A stretch of 64,000 nucleotides of DNA from Candidatus Handelsmanbacteria bacterium. GTDB lineage: Bacteria > Latescibacterota > UBA2968 > UBA8231. The translations under genes and the position numbers were made by a program. A model generated the notes under the pieces. That model saw only the letters and a list, made by a program, of their open reading frames with translations, searched no databases and was not told where the DNA came from. Positions 36,223 through 46,303 of the stretch are shown one piece after another; the stretch's first letter is position 1; the number at the start of each line of letters is the position of its first letter. The DNA lies in contig VGJS01000018.1 of the NCBI GenBank assembly GCA_016867395.1, positions 227 to 64,226 of the forward strand, given 5' to 3'.

Positions 36223-37131
36223 TCATCCTCCTCCCAGCGCGGCGAGTTCCTCGGCGGTGCCGGCCCCCGCCACCTTCACCTGCGGGGCGGCGCGGCGAGC
36301 CAGACCCCGCAACACGTTGCCGGGCCCCACTTCCAGGGCCTCCTCCACGCCCAGGGCGGCAAGGCTCTGCATGATGGCGGTCCAGCGCACCGGGCTGGTC
36401 ATCTGCTGGATCAGTTGTTCCTGCAACACCGCCGGGTCGCTCACGGGGGCAGCGGCCACATTGGTCAGCACCGGCACCTGGGGCAGCCTGAATTTCACGG
36501 CCCCCAGCAGGCCCGCCAGTTCCCGGGCCGCCGGCGCCATCAGGGGCGAATGAAAGGCCCCGCTCACCGGCAGTGGCACCACCCGTTTGGCCCCGGCTTC
36601 CGTCATCAGTTTCCCGGCCCGGTCCACGGTCTCGGCCTCGCCTGAGATCACCACCTGGCCGGGGGCGTTGAAGTTGGCCGCCACCGCTCCAGGCACCTGG
36701 TTGCAGATCTCTACTACCTGCCCATCTTCGAGGCCCAGCACCGCGGCCATGCTGCCCTGCCGCGCTTCCTGCATGAGCTGCCCGCGCCGACGCACCAGCT
36801 CCAGGCCGGTGGCAAAGTCGAAAACCCCGGCAGCCACCAGCGCCGAATACTCACCCAGGCTGTGGCCGGCCACCCAGGCAGGCCGCACCCCGCGCTCCTG
36901 CAAAACCAGGCAGGCGGCGGCGCTGTGCACAAAGAGGGCCGGCTGGGTGACAACCGTCTGCCGCAGGTCCTCTTCTGGCCCCTCGAAACAGAGGCGGCTA
37001 AGGGGAAAGCTTAGCAACTCGTCGGCCTGGCGGAAGAGCGCGGCGGCCGTGGGAAAATGCTCGACCAGGTCGCCCCCCATGCCCACCACCTGGGAACCTT
37101 GCCCCGGAAAGAGAAAGGCCAGGCCGCTCAT
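36223..37131 (-). CDS. fabD: malonyl-CoA:ACP transacylase
   Basis: FLFPGQGSQVVGMG and the active-site motif GHSLGEYSALV. fab operon context. Confidence 0.9.
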   Translation of the reverse strand: MSGLAFLFPGQGSQVVGMGGDLVEHFPTAAALFRQADELLSFPLSRLCFEGPEEDLRQTVVTQPALFVHSAAACLVLQERGVRPAWVAGHSLGEYSALVAAGVFDFATGLELVRRRGQLMQEARQGSMAAVLGLEDGQVVEICNQVPGAVAANFNAPGQVVISGEAETVDRAGKLMTEAGAKRVVPLPVSGAFHSPLMAPAARELAGLLGAVKFRLPQVPVLTNVAAAPVSDPAVLQEQLIQQMTSPVRWTAIMQSLAALGVEEALEVGPGNVLRGLARRAAPQVKVAGAGTAEELAALGGG

Positions 37132-37132
37132 T

Positions 37133-38134
37133 TCAAATCGCCCAGCGGAACAGGGCGCTGCCCCAGGTCATGCCCCCGCCCACCGCGGTCATCAGCAGCA
37201 GGTCCCCTTTTTTCAGCCGCCCCAGCTCGCAGGCTTCGGAAAGGGCGATGGGGATGGTGCCGCCCGTGGTGTTGGCGTAGCGGTCGATGTTGACCATCAC
37301 CTTCTCGCGGGGCAGCCCCATGCGGTCGGCAGTGGCCTCGATAATGCGCAGGTTGGCCTGGTGCGGAACAAAAAGGTCCAGATCCTCAACCTTCAGGCCA
37401 TTGCGCGCCACCAGGCTGAGGGAGACCTCGGCCATCTTGACTACCGCGAACTTGAACACCGTCCGGCCTTCCTGGCGGATGTAGTGCAGGCGCTGGTCCA
37501 CCGTCTCGTGGCTGGCCGGAAAGAGGCTGCCGCCCCCCTTCATGTGCAGATGCTCACACCCGGCGCCGTCCACGTGCATCTCGAAGTCGATCATCCCAAG
37601 CCCCGGCTCCTCGGAGCGCTCCAGGAGCACCCCACCGGCCCCGTCGCCAAAGAGCACGCAGGTGGAGCGGTCCTGCATGTCGGTGATGGACGACATCTTG
37701 TCGGCGCCGATGACCATCACCCGCCGGTGCGTCCCGCTTTCGATGAACTGGGCCCCGGTGGCCAGGGCGAAGACAAACCCCGAACAGGCCGCCGAAAGGT
37801 CGAACCCCCAGGCCCCTCTTGCCCCGATCTGGTCCTGGACCAGGCAGGCGGTGGCGGGGAAGAACATGTCAGGGCTGATGGTGGCGACGATGATCAGGTC
37901 CAGCTCGGCCGGGTCCAACCGCCGGCGGGCCAGCAGGCGGCGGGCGACCTCGGCGGCCATGTAGGAGGTGGGGCGCCCCTCCAGAATCCGGCGCTCAGTG
38001 ATGCCGGTGCGCTCCCGGATCCAGGAATCAGAGGTATCGACGATCCGCTCGAGGTCGTGATTGGCCATCACCTTGTCGGGCAGGTAGCTGGCGACCGCGG
38101 TGATGATGGCGCCGTATCGCCTTTCTTCAGCCAC
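37133..38134 (-). CDS. fabH: beta-ketoacyl-ACP synthase III
   Basis: SAACSGFVFAL (active-site Cys), VPHQANLRII, NTTGGTIPIAL. Confidence 0.9.
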   Translation of the reverse strand: MAEERRYGAIITAVASYLPDKVMANHDLERIVDTSDSWIRERTGITERRILEGRPTSYMAAEVARRLLARRRLDPAELDLIIVATISPDMFFPATACLVQDQIGARGAWGFDLSAACSGFVFALATGAQFIESGTHRRVMVIGADKMSSITDMQDRSTCVLFGDGAGGVLLERSEEPGLGMIDFEMHVDGAGCEHLHMKGGGSLFPASHETVDQRLHYIRQEGRTVFKFAVVKMAEVSLSLVARNGLKVEDLDLFVPHQANLRIIEATADRMGLPREKVMVNIDRYANTTGGTIPIALSEACELGRLKKGDLLLMTAVGGGMTWGSALFRWAI

Positions 38135-38150
38135 TCAGCCCCCGCCCGCC

Positions 38151-38333
38151 TCAGCTCTGGGGGGCGGCGTACTCCCGGCCGCGGTACTGCCCGCAGTGGG
38201 TGCAGACCCTGTGGGGGCGGGCCGGCTGGCCGCAGTGGGCGCAGGTGCTCACCGCCGGGGCCTCCATCTTCCAGTGGGTGCGCCGCTTGTCGCGGCGGGC
38301 GCGGGAGATTCGTCGTTTGGGGACAGCGACCAT
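38151..38333 (-). CDS. rpmF: 50S ribosomal protein L32
   Basis: MVAVPKRRISRARRDKRRTHW... with a CxxC...CxxC zinc ribbon, 60 aa. Confidence 0.9.
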   Translation of the reverse strand: MVAVPKRRISRARRDKRRTHWKMEAPAVSTCAHCGQPARPHRVCTHCGQYRGREYAAPQS

Positions 38334-38388
38334 GCTGATGCTCCTCTCTTTGTGCGGGCCCCGCGCTCTGGCGCGGAGCCGGTTGGTT

Positions 38389-38946
38389 TCAGGACAGTTT
38401 CACATCGCGCAGGGCCGACCAGCGGGGGTCACCCTGAGCGGTGGCGCAGCCGCAGGCGCCAGTGTTGAGATTGTGGCCGCACTCGGCGCACAGCCCCTTG
38501 CAGTCCTGGCGGCAGTACATCCGCAATGGCAGTTCGAGCAGCACCGCCTCGCGCAGGCGCTCCTTCAGGTCCGCCTGCTTGTCGCCTGGGGCGAGGAGTT
38601 CGACGTCCTCGTCCTCCTCGGCGGCCTCGCGCTCGTCTTCGCCCAGGGGCTGGCGCTGGAGCAACACCTGCAACACGGCCTCCAACTCCTGCCCCACCGG
38701 CTCCAGGCAGCGGCAGCACTCGCCCTCCAGCCGGCCCTGCAACCGCGCCTCAAGCTGGAAGTTTTGCCCCGAGCGGTTTAGACGCAACCCCACCTGCAGG
38801 GGGCCGACCAGGTGGAACTCCCCCTCGCCCAGCTCCAGATGGGCCGGGTCGAGTTTTAGCTGGCGCCGGCTGAGTCCCTCCTCAACCTCGTCGAGGAGCA
38901 GGGCCGTGGCTGAGACCTTTCCCCCCTCCGGCCGGCGCCGGCCCAT
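38389..38946 (-). CDS. DUF177 (YceD-like) protein
   Basis: Conserved position upstream of rpmF. CCRCLEP...CRQDCKGLCAECGHNLN motif. Confidence 0.85.
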   Translation of the reverse strand: MGRRRPEGGKVSATALLLDEVEEGLSRRQLKLDPAHLELGEGEFHLVGPLQVGLRLNRSGQNFQLEARLQGRLEGECCRCLEPVGQELEAVLQVLLQRQPLGEDEREAAEEDEDVELLAPGDKQADLKERLREAVLLELPLRMYCRQDCKGLCAECGHNLNTGACGCATAQGDPRWSALRDVKLS

Positions 38947-39353
38947 CAGGCGTTCTTCCCAAAGAAGAACTCGATCTCCTGGGCGGCGTTCTCATCTGAG
39001 TCGGAGGCGTGTACCGCGTTGCACTGCACGTCGGTGCCGAACTCGCGGCGGATGGTGCCCGGAGCCGCCTTGGTGCTGTCGGTAGCGCCGATGAACTGCC
39101 GCAGGTGGGCCACCGCGCTGGTCCTTTCGAGGACCATGGGCACCACCGGCCCGGAGGTCATGAATTTGACTAGTTCGCCGTAGAAGGGCCGCTCCTTGTG
39201 TAGCGCGTAGAAGGCTGCAGCCTCTTCCACGCTCAACCGGGTCAGGCGCAACTGGCGGATGGTGAACCCCTCGCCCTCCACCCGCCGCAGGATCTCGCCG
39301 ATGACCTGCTTGGCCACCCCGTCGGGCTTGATAATCATCAAGGTACGGTTCAT
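38946..39353 (-). CDS. ndk: nucleoside-diphosphate kinase
   Basis: RTLMIIKPDGV, GPVVPMVLE and NAVHASDS (active-site His). Confidence 0.95.
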   Translation of the reverse strand: MNRTLMIIKPDGVAKQVIGEILRRVEGEGFTIRQLRLTRLSVEEAAAFYALHKERPFYGELVKFMTSGPVVPMVLERTSAVAHLRQFIGATDSTKAAPGTIRREFGTDVQCNAVHASDSDENAAQEIEFFFGKNA

Positions 39354-39409
39354 GGTCCCCTTTCTGAAAGCTGCAAGCGGCTCGCATTTACAATTGAAGT
39401 AAGTTTTTT

Positions 39410-39438
39410 AAAATAGGCCCTATTCGGGCATCTGTCAA
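39410..39438 (-). promoter_or_regulatory. candidate sigma70-type promoter (TTGACA-N17-TATTTT) for ndk operon
   Basis: Minus strand: TTGACA (39438-39433), a 17-nt spacer, TATTTT (39415-39410). A GAAAGGGGA RBS precedes the ATG at 39353. Confidence 0.4.
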
Positions 39439-39519
39439 CCATCTTCCCCTTGGTTCTTTAGTTGCTAACTTGTGAACCCAGCGAGAGTTGAATTCGGTCC
39501 ATCCCTGCGCTCATCCGCC

Positions 39520-39548
39520 TTGACAGGGTGGCATCCCCCCTGTAAATT
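39520..39548 (+). promoter_or_regulatory. candidate sigma70-type promoter (TTGACA-N17-TAAATT) for the HD-domain gene
   Basis: TTGACA at 39520-39525, a 17-nt spacer, TAAATT at 39543-39548. Only 10 nt separate the -10 box from the ATG at 39559. Confidence 0.4.
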
Positions 39549-39558
39549 GGCCCTCATT

Positions 39559-40902
39559 ATGGATCAGCCTCTGCTTGCCGAAGAAGGCAAGGCCATTCGC
39601 GACCCGGTGTGGGGCTATATCCACTTCCCCGCCCCGCTCCTAGCCCTGGTGGACACCGAGGATTTCCAGCGCCTGCGCAACATCACCCAGCTAGGCTACG
39701 TCCACTTGGTTTATCCTGGGGCCAGGCACTCCCGCTTCGAGCACTCCCTGGGGGTGTTCCACCTGGCCAAGCAGTTCCTGGGGCGCCTGCTGCGCTCTGA
39801 TCCCCCCCTGGAATTGGAGGACGAGGACATCCGCGTTTTCCTGGCCGCCACCCTGCTCCACGACGTGGGCCACTACCCTTTCTCCCACACCCTGGAGGAA
39901 TTGCGCTCCTTCTTCGTGGGCCACGAGCGGCGGGCCCGCCAGCTCATCGAGGACCCCAGGGGCAGCATCGCCCCGGTGCTGCGGGACCAGTTGCGGGTGG
40001 ACCCGGTGCGGGTGGCCAACGTCATCGACTACAAGGCCCGGGATCGCCAGATCCCCGCCCGCGACTTTTTGCTGGCCAATATCCTCAGCGGCACCCTCGA
40101 CCCGGACAAGGTCGATTACCTGCTGCGCGACTCCCTCTTCTGCGGGGTGCCTTTTGGCGAGAGCGTCAACCGCGACCGCCTCATCGCCTCCATCAAGTAC
40201 GATCCCCGGAACAAGCGCCTGGCCACCACCAGCAAAGGGGTCTCGGCGGTGGAGGCGCTGGTCTTCACCAACTACCTGATGTACCGCAACGTGTACTGGC
40301 ACCACGCGGTGCGTTCGGCCACCGCAATGTGCAAGCGGGCGGTGCAGGACCTCCTGGTCCATGCCGACTGCCGGCTCCAGATCTCCGACTTCCACCGCAT
40401 CACCGAGGGGGAGCTGATCATGATGCTGCGCCAGGAGCAGGAGCGGCTGGGCTTAGAGGGCTCGGCCCGGCTGCTCCTGGGCACCATCAGCCGCCGCCTG
40501 CACAAGGTGGGCAGTTTCATCTATCCGGGGGAGCGCACGGAAGGACTGATGAACTTCCTCTCCGATCTGTACCAGCACCCCGACAAACGGCGGGCCAAGG
40601 AGATCGAGCTGTGCCGGCACTTCAGCGCCCCGCTGGGGCGCCAATTGCAGGGCCACGAGATCCTCATCGACATCCCCCGCTTTGACAAAAGCCCCGAGGT
40701 GGACCTCAAGGTCTTCTACGGCCGGCAAGTACCCAGCGAAAAACCCGACCCGCTAAGCTTCGACGACCCCGAGGTCTCGCGCCTGCGCGAGTCGATGGTG
40801 CACAACTTCGAGGACCAGGCCAAGATCTTCCGCATCTTCTGCGCCGACGAACCCCCACTGCGCGCCCTGGTCGGCGAGCAGGTGAAACGCCATCTCCATT
40901 GA
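39559..40902 (+). CDS. HD-domain phosphohydrolase (dGTPase/SAMHD1-like)
   Basis: Internal ATG MDQPLLAEEGKAIRDPVWGYIHF... of ORF 39472..40902. Motifs: FQRLRNITQLG, RFEHSLGV, LLHDVGHYPFSH, DKVDYLLRDS. Confidence 0.85.
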   Translation: MDQPLLAEEGKAIRDPVWGYIHFPAPLLALVDTEDFQRLRNITQLGYVHLVYPGARHSRFEHSLGVFHLAKQFLGRLLRSDPPLELEDEDIRVFLAATLLHDVGHYPFSHTLEELRSFFVGHERRARQLIEDPRGSIAPVLRDQLRVDPVRVANVIDYKARDRQIPARDFLLANILSGTLDPDKVDYLLRDSLFCGVPFGESVNRDRLIASIKYDPRNKRLATTSKGVSAVEALVFTNYLMYRNVYWHHAVRSATAMCKRAVQDLLVHADCRLQISDFHRITEGELIMMLRQEQERLGLEGSARLLLGTISRRLHKVGSFIYPGERTEGLMNFLSDLYQHPDKRRAKEIELCRHFSAPLGRQLQGHEILIDIPRFDKSPEVDLKVFYGRQVPSEKPDPLSFDDPEVSRLRESMVHNFEDQAKIFRIFCADEPPLRALVGEQVKRHLH

Positions 40903-40940
40903 GGCGTCTATTTAGCACACCTCGTCCCTGGCAGGCTCCC

Positions 40941-42073
<1,133 letters not shown>

Positions 42074-42074
<1 letters not shown>

Positions 42075-42313
42075 TGAGCACCCATCCTCTTTCCCTGGGC
42101 CAGATGGACGGGCCGCTCAAGATCCACAGCCGCCTGCTGGGCGCCAAGATCTGGCTGGTCCCAGAAGGCTACAGCGGCCCTCTTCTGGACGCCGCCGCCT
42201 ACACCACCGCCGAATGCCGCCTGCTGGTGGAACTGAAACTGGAGGCCGACCAGTTGCGGTCCCTGCATCTGGTCAAGGAGCATTTCGCCGGAGACCTGGT
42301 GGAGGGGGAGTAG
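42074..42313 (+). CDS. small hypothetical protein (79 aa), translationally coupled on both sides
   Basis: The ATG overlaps the upstream TGA (TGATG at 42072-42076). Its TAG is followed immediately by the ATG of 42314. MSTHPLSLGQMDGPLKIHSRLLGAKIWLVPEGYSGPLLDAAAYTTAECRLLVELK... has no recognisable family. Confidence 0.5.
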
Positions 42314-43516
42314 ATGCACTACCCCGAGGTAGTCCTCCAGAAAGGCAGCGAACGCGCCCTGCTCCAGGGGCACCCCTGGGTGTACAGCGGGGCCGTCGCC
42401 CGCTGCGATGCCAGCCTGCAACCCGGCGCCCTGGTGGCCGTGCGCTCCCACCGGGGCCAGTTCGTGGCCAGCGGCTATTACAACCCCCATTCCAGCATCC
42501 GCGTGCGCACCCTCAGCCGCACCGAGGGCCAAGCTCTCGACGCGGCCTTTTTCCGCGCCGCCATCGAGCGGGCCTACCAGTTGCGCCGGCACAGCGGCAT
42601 CCTGGCCCACACCGACGCCTTCCGCCTAGTCCACGGCGAGAGCGACGGCCTGCCCGGTCTGATCGCCGACTGGTACGCCGGCTTCCTGGTGGTGCAGTTC
42701 CACACCCTGGGCATGGAACATCTGCGCCCGGTAGTGCTGGACGCCCTGTGGATCGCGGCCAAACCGCGTGGGATCTTCGAGCGCAGCGACGTGGGCACCC
42801 GCCGCGCCGACGGCCTGAGCGACCGGCCCAGCGGCCCCCTGCGCGGGGAGGAACCGCCAGACCAGATCCCCATCAGCGAGCACGGGGTGCACCTCTTCGT
42901 GGACGTGCGGCGCGGCCAGAAGACCGGTTTCTTCCTCGACCAGCGCGACAACCGCTTTCTGTTGCAACAACTGGCCGGGGGCCAGGACCTGATCAACTGC
43001 TTCGCCTATACCGGCGGCTTCTCGGCCCACGCCCTGAAGGGCGGAGCCCGCCGCACCCTCGATGTGGATGTCTCGCCGCAGCTAGCCCCCTCGGCGCGGC
43101 AGAACACCCAGGCCAATTGCCCCGCAGGCAGCACCGCCCAATACCTGGCCGCAGACCTCTTCCCCTTCCTCGACGAACTGGCCGAGCGCGGCCCCCGCTT
43201 CGACATCGTGGTGCTGGACCCGCCGGCCCTGCTGCGCAAAAGCGCCGACCTGGACCAGGCCATGGGGGTGTACACCAAACTCAACCGCAATGCCCTGCGC
43301 CTGGTGCGCGAAGGCGGTCTGCTGGTCAGCGCCTCCTGCTCGGCCCGGGTCTCGCCCGAGGATTTCTTTCAGGTGATCCGCCGCGCCGCGCAAGGGGCGC
43401 GGGTCACCCTGCGCCTTGCCGCCTTCAACCAGCATCCCCCCGACCATCCCATCGACCCGGCCTTCCCCGAGGGGCGTTATCTCAAATGCGCCTTCGCCCG
43501 GGTGTTTCGGCACTGA
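42314..43516 (+). CDS. rlmI: class I SAM-dependent rRNA (cytosine-C5) methyltransferase, RlmI-like (PUA plus MTase)
   Basis: LQGHPWVYSGAV (PUA-like), FRLVHGESDGLPGLIADWY, GQKTGFFLDQRDNR, INCFAYTGGFS, DIVVLDPP. Confidence 0.8.
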   Translation: MHYPEVVLQKGSERALLQGHPWVYSGAVARCDASLQPGALVAVRSHRGQFVASGYYNPHSSIRVRTLSRTEGQALDAAFFRAAIERAYQLRRHSGILAHTDAFRLVHGESDGLPGLIADWYAGFLVVQFHTLGMEHLRPVVLDALWIAAKPRGIFERSDVGTRRADGLSDRPSGPLRGEEPPDQIPISEHGVHLFVDVRRGQKTGFFLDQRDNRFLLQQLAGGQDLINCFAYTGGFSAHALKGGARRTLDVDVSPQLAPSARQNTQANCPAGSTAQYLAADLFPFLDELAERGPRFDIVVLDPPALLRKSADLDQAMGVYTKLNRNALRLVREGGLLVSASCSARVSPEDFFQVIRRAAQGARVTLRLAAFNQHPPDHPIDPAFPEGRYLKCAFARVFRH

Positions 43517-43592
43517 TGCTCAACCGCGCTTGATGGCGCCTCCCCTGGGTGGTACATTGGGCCCTCTTTGGACCCAAACCCCGGGGGAGTAC

Positions 43593-45065
43593 ATGGCCGA
43601 TACCAGCCCTGCCGATCCGCGCCCCATCCACAAGGTCCCCGATCCCCTGCCCCTGACCCTGGCCGGCCTGGTCGCCGCGGTCGGCCCGCAGGCCATCAAC
43701 TTCGGCATCTCCATCGGCGGCGGCGAGGCGTACTTCCTGCCCAACATCGCCGGCCGCGGCGCCTTTGGCTTCCACTGGCTGATCCTCATCTCCCTGGTGC
43801 TGGAGACCACCTTGGTCTACCAGTGCATCAAGTACAGTTGCTGCACCGGCCGCTCCTTCTTTGCCGGCACCAGCGAGCTGTACCCGCGCCGCTTCTGGCC
43901 CTGGTTCTGGGCGATGGCCGCCATCCTCACCTTCGGCTGGCCAGCGTGGATGGCCGGAGCCGTGGTCGCCGCGGCCAAGTTCACCGGCCTCACCACCCAG
44001 ACCCTCTTTCCCGGCTCCACCCTGCCGCCCCAGTATCTCTGGTCGGTCATCGCCCTGGTCATGGTGCTGGTGGTCTTCTACTTCTCCAACCGCACCTACG
44101 CCTTCCTGGCGAAGTTCTTCGAGATCATCATGGTGACCAATATCCTGCTAGTGCTGCTCATCACCCTGCTGGTGGCCCGCCCCACCGACTACCTGGCCGT
44201 GCTGGAGGCGTACCTGGGGGTGCATTTCTTCACCCAGGGGACTGCCGGCCTGAGCGCCCTGGACCTCACCGCCATGTACAACCAACCGGGCGGCAGCCTG
44301 ATGTGGGTCAGCTTCTGGGTTGTGGCCGCCGGCTGGGGCATGGGCCGCTACGCCGGCCAGGTGACCGGGGCCCTCAAGCCCCCCGAGCAGATCACCGCCG
44401 GGGAGCTGCGCTGGGACACCGCCGACCCTGGCGAGGTGGCCAAGATGAAGCAGTGGGTGCGGGTGGGCGGCTGGAGCCTGATCATCTGGTGGGCCCTCAT
44501 CGGCGGGCTGTTGATGACCTACCTCTACTCGGTGGCCGGGTACGCCTACCTGCACGACGAGTATCTGCGCAGCGGCGCCATCCCCAAGGGAGTGCAGATC
44601 CCACTGCAGATGGCCACCATCGCCCAGGGGGTGCTGGGCCAAACCGCCGGCTGGCTGATGCTGCTGGCGGTGATGGTCACCCTCTACGATGCCCAGTTCC
44701 CCTTCTACGATACCTTCATCGGCCGCACCACCACCGACGCCATCGCCGTAACCGCCCGCGGCGGGCCGCGGCGCTCCTATCGCTTTTACTACTTCCTGGT
44801 GGTGACCCTAGCAGTGATCGCCGGCCTCTACCTGGTGCTCCTGGAGGAACCCCTGATCATCTGGATGCTGGTGGCCACCGCGGCGGTGGCCTTCCGCTCC
44901 ATCGGCTCGCTGCAGATCATGCTGATCAACAAGCGGCGCCTCCCGCCCGAGTTCCAGATGAGCCGCCTCAGCCAGGGCCTGCTGTGGTTCAGCTTCTTCA
45001 CCGGCCTGGGGGCGGTGGCCTATTGGGCCGCCACCGAACTGCCCAAAAGGCTGGCAGGGGGCTGA
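43593..45065 (+). CDS. Nramp-related polytopic membrane transporter (divergent)
   Basis: ATG at 43593 preceded by GGGGGAG. 490 aa with about 11 hydrophobic segments. The N-terminal block VGPQAINFGISIGGGEAYFLPNIAGRGAFGFHWLILISLVLE resembles Nramp TM1-2 but lacks the canonical DPGN motif. Confidence 0.55.
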   Translation: MADTSPADPRPIHKVPDPLPLTLAGLVAAVGPQAINFGISIGGGEAYFLPNIAGRGAFGFHWLILISLVLETTLVYQCIKYSCCTGRSFFAGTSELYPRRFWPWFWAMAAILTFGWPAWMAGAVVAAAKFTGLTTQTLFPGSTLPPQYLWSVIALVMVLVVFYFSNRTYAFLAKFFEIIMVTNILLVLLITLLVARPTDYLAVLEAYLGVHFFTQGTAGLSALDLTAMYNQPGGSLMWVSFWVVAAGWGMGRYAGQVTGALKPPEQITAGELRWDTADPGEVAKMKQWVRVGGWSLIIWWALIGGLLMTYLYSVAGYAYLHDEYLRSGAIPKGVQIPLQMATIAQGVLGQTAGWLMLLAVMVTLYDAQFPFYDTFIGRTTTDAIAVTARGGPRRSYRFYYFLVVTLAVIAGLYLVLLEEPLIIWMLVATAAVAFRSIGSLQIMLINKRRLPPEFQMSRLSQGLLWFSFFTGLGAVAYWAATELPKRLAGG

Positions 45066-46285
45066 TGCCTGCCCGCTCCTCCTCCGTCGCCCTGGCCGTG
45101 CTCGCCGCGGCCCTGGGCTTCTTCGTCGATGCCTACGACCTCCTGCTCTACAGCATTGTCCGGAACCAGAGCCTGAAAGGCATCGGCCTGGAGGGCGAGG
45201 CGTTGCTGTCCACTGGCATCGACCTGCTCAACGCCCAGTTGATCGGCATGCTGCTGGGCGGGATCGGCTGGGGGGTGTGGGGCGACCGCCATGGCCGGCG
45301 CTCGGTGCTCTTTGGCTCCATCGTGCTCTACTCGGCGGCCACCTTTGCCAACGGTTTCATCGATACCATCGGCGCCTACGCCGCCTGCCGCTTCATCGCC
45401 GGCCTGGGCCTGGCCGGCGAGCTGGGCGCCGGGGTCACCCTGGTGGCCGAACTAATGACGCCGCAGCAGCGCGGCTACGGCACCATGATCGTGGCCGCGG
45501 TGGGGGTCCTGGGGGTGGTGACCGCCTCCCTGGTGGGCGATACCTTCCCCTGGCGCACCGCCTACTTCATCGGCGGCGGCCTGGGTTTTCTGCTGCTCCT
45601 CCTCCGCCTCGGGGTTAGCGAGTCGCTGCTTTTCGACCGCACCAAGGCGCTGCCGGTCTCGCGCGGCAATTTCCTCGCCCTCTTCACCACCCCTGACCGA
45701 TTGAAGCGGTACGCCTGCCTGATCCTGGTGGCCATGCCCATCTGGTACGCCATTGCCATCCTCGTCACCTTTGCCCCCGAGCTGGGCCTGGCCCTGGGCC
45801 TGCCCGAGGCGCCCAAGGCCGGCATGGCGATCCTGCTCTACTACCTGGCGCTTACCGGTGGCGACCTGACCAACGGCTACCTCAGCCAGCGGCTGCAGAC
45901 CCGCAAACGGATCATCGCCGCGTTCATGCTGCTCACCGCGGCCAGCGGCGCGGCCTACTTCGCCCTGGGCGGCGCCTCGCTGAACCTGTTCTACGCCATC
46001 TGTTTCCTGCTCGGCTGGTCCTCGGGCTACTGGGCCATCTTTATCACCGTCTCGGCCGAGCAATTCGGCACTAACCTGCGCGCCACCGCCGCCGTCACCG
46101 CCCCCAATTTCGTGCGCGGTCTCACCGCCCTGCTCACCCTGGCCTTCAAGAACCTAAAGCCACTGCTCGGCACCGTGCCCGGCGCCGCGCTGATCGGCGT
46201 CCTCGTCCTCCTGCTTGCCCTTGTGGCCCTCTTCCAGCTGGAAGAGACCTACGGCAAGGATCTGGACTACCTCGAGCCGGTCTGA
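45065..46285 (+). CDS. MFS transporter
   Basis: The ATG overlaps the upstream TGA. 12-TM-like. MFS signature [10 protein letters not shown] between TM2 and TM3, and [13 protein letters not shown]. Confidence 0.85.
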   Translation: MPARSSSVALAVLAAALGFFVDAYDLLLYSIVRNQSLKGIGLEGEALLSTGIDLLNAQLIGMLLGGIGWGVWGDRHGRRSVLFGSIVLYSAATFANGFIDTIGAYAACRFIAGLGLAGELGAGVTLVAELMTPQQRGYGTMIVAAVGVLGVVTASLVGDTFPWRTAYFIGGGLGFLLLLLRLGVSESLLFDRTKALPVSRGNFLALFTTPDRLKRYACLILVAMPIWYAIAILVTFAPELGLALGLPEAPKAGMAILLYYLALTGGDLTNGYLSQRLQTRKRIIAAFMLLTAASGAAYFALGGASLNLFYAICFLLGWSSGYWAIFITVSAEQFGTNLRATAAVTAPNFVRGLTALLTLAFKNLKPLLGTVPGAALIGVLVLLLALVALFQLEETYGKDLDYLEPV

Positions 46286-46303
46286 ACGACCCGCGTCGAC
46301 CGC

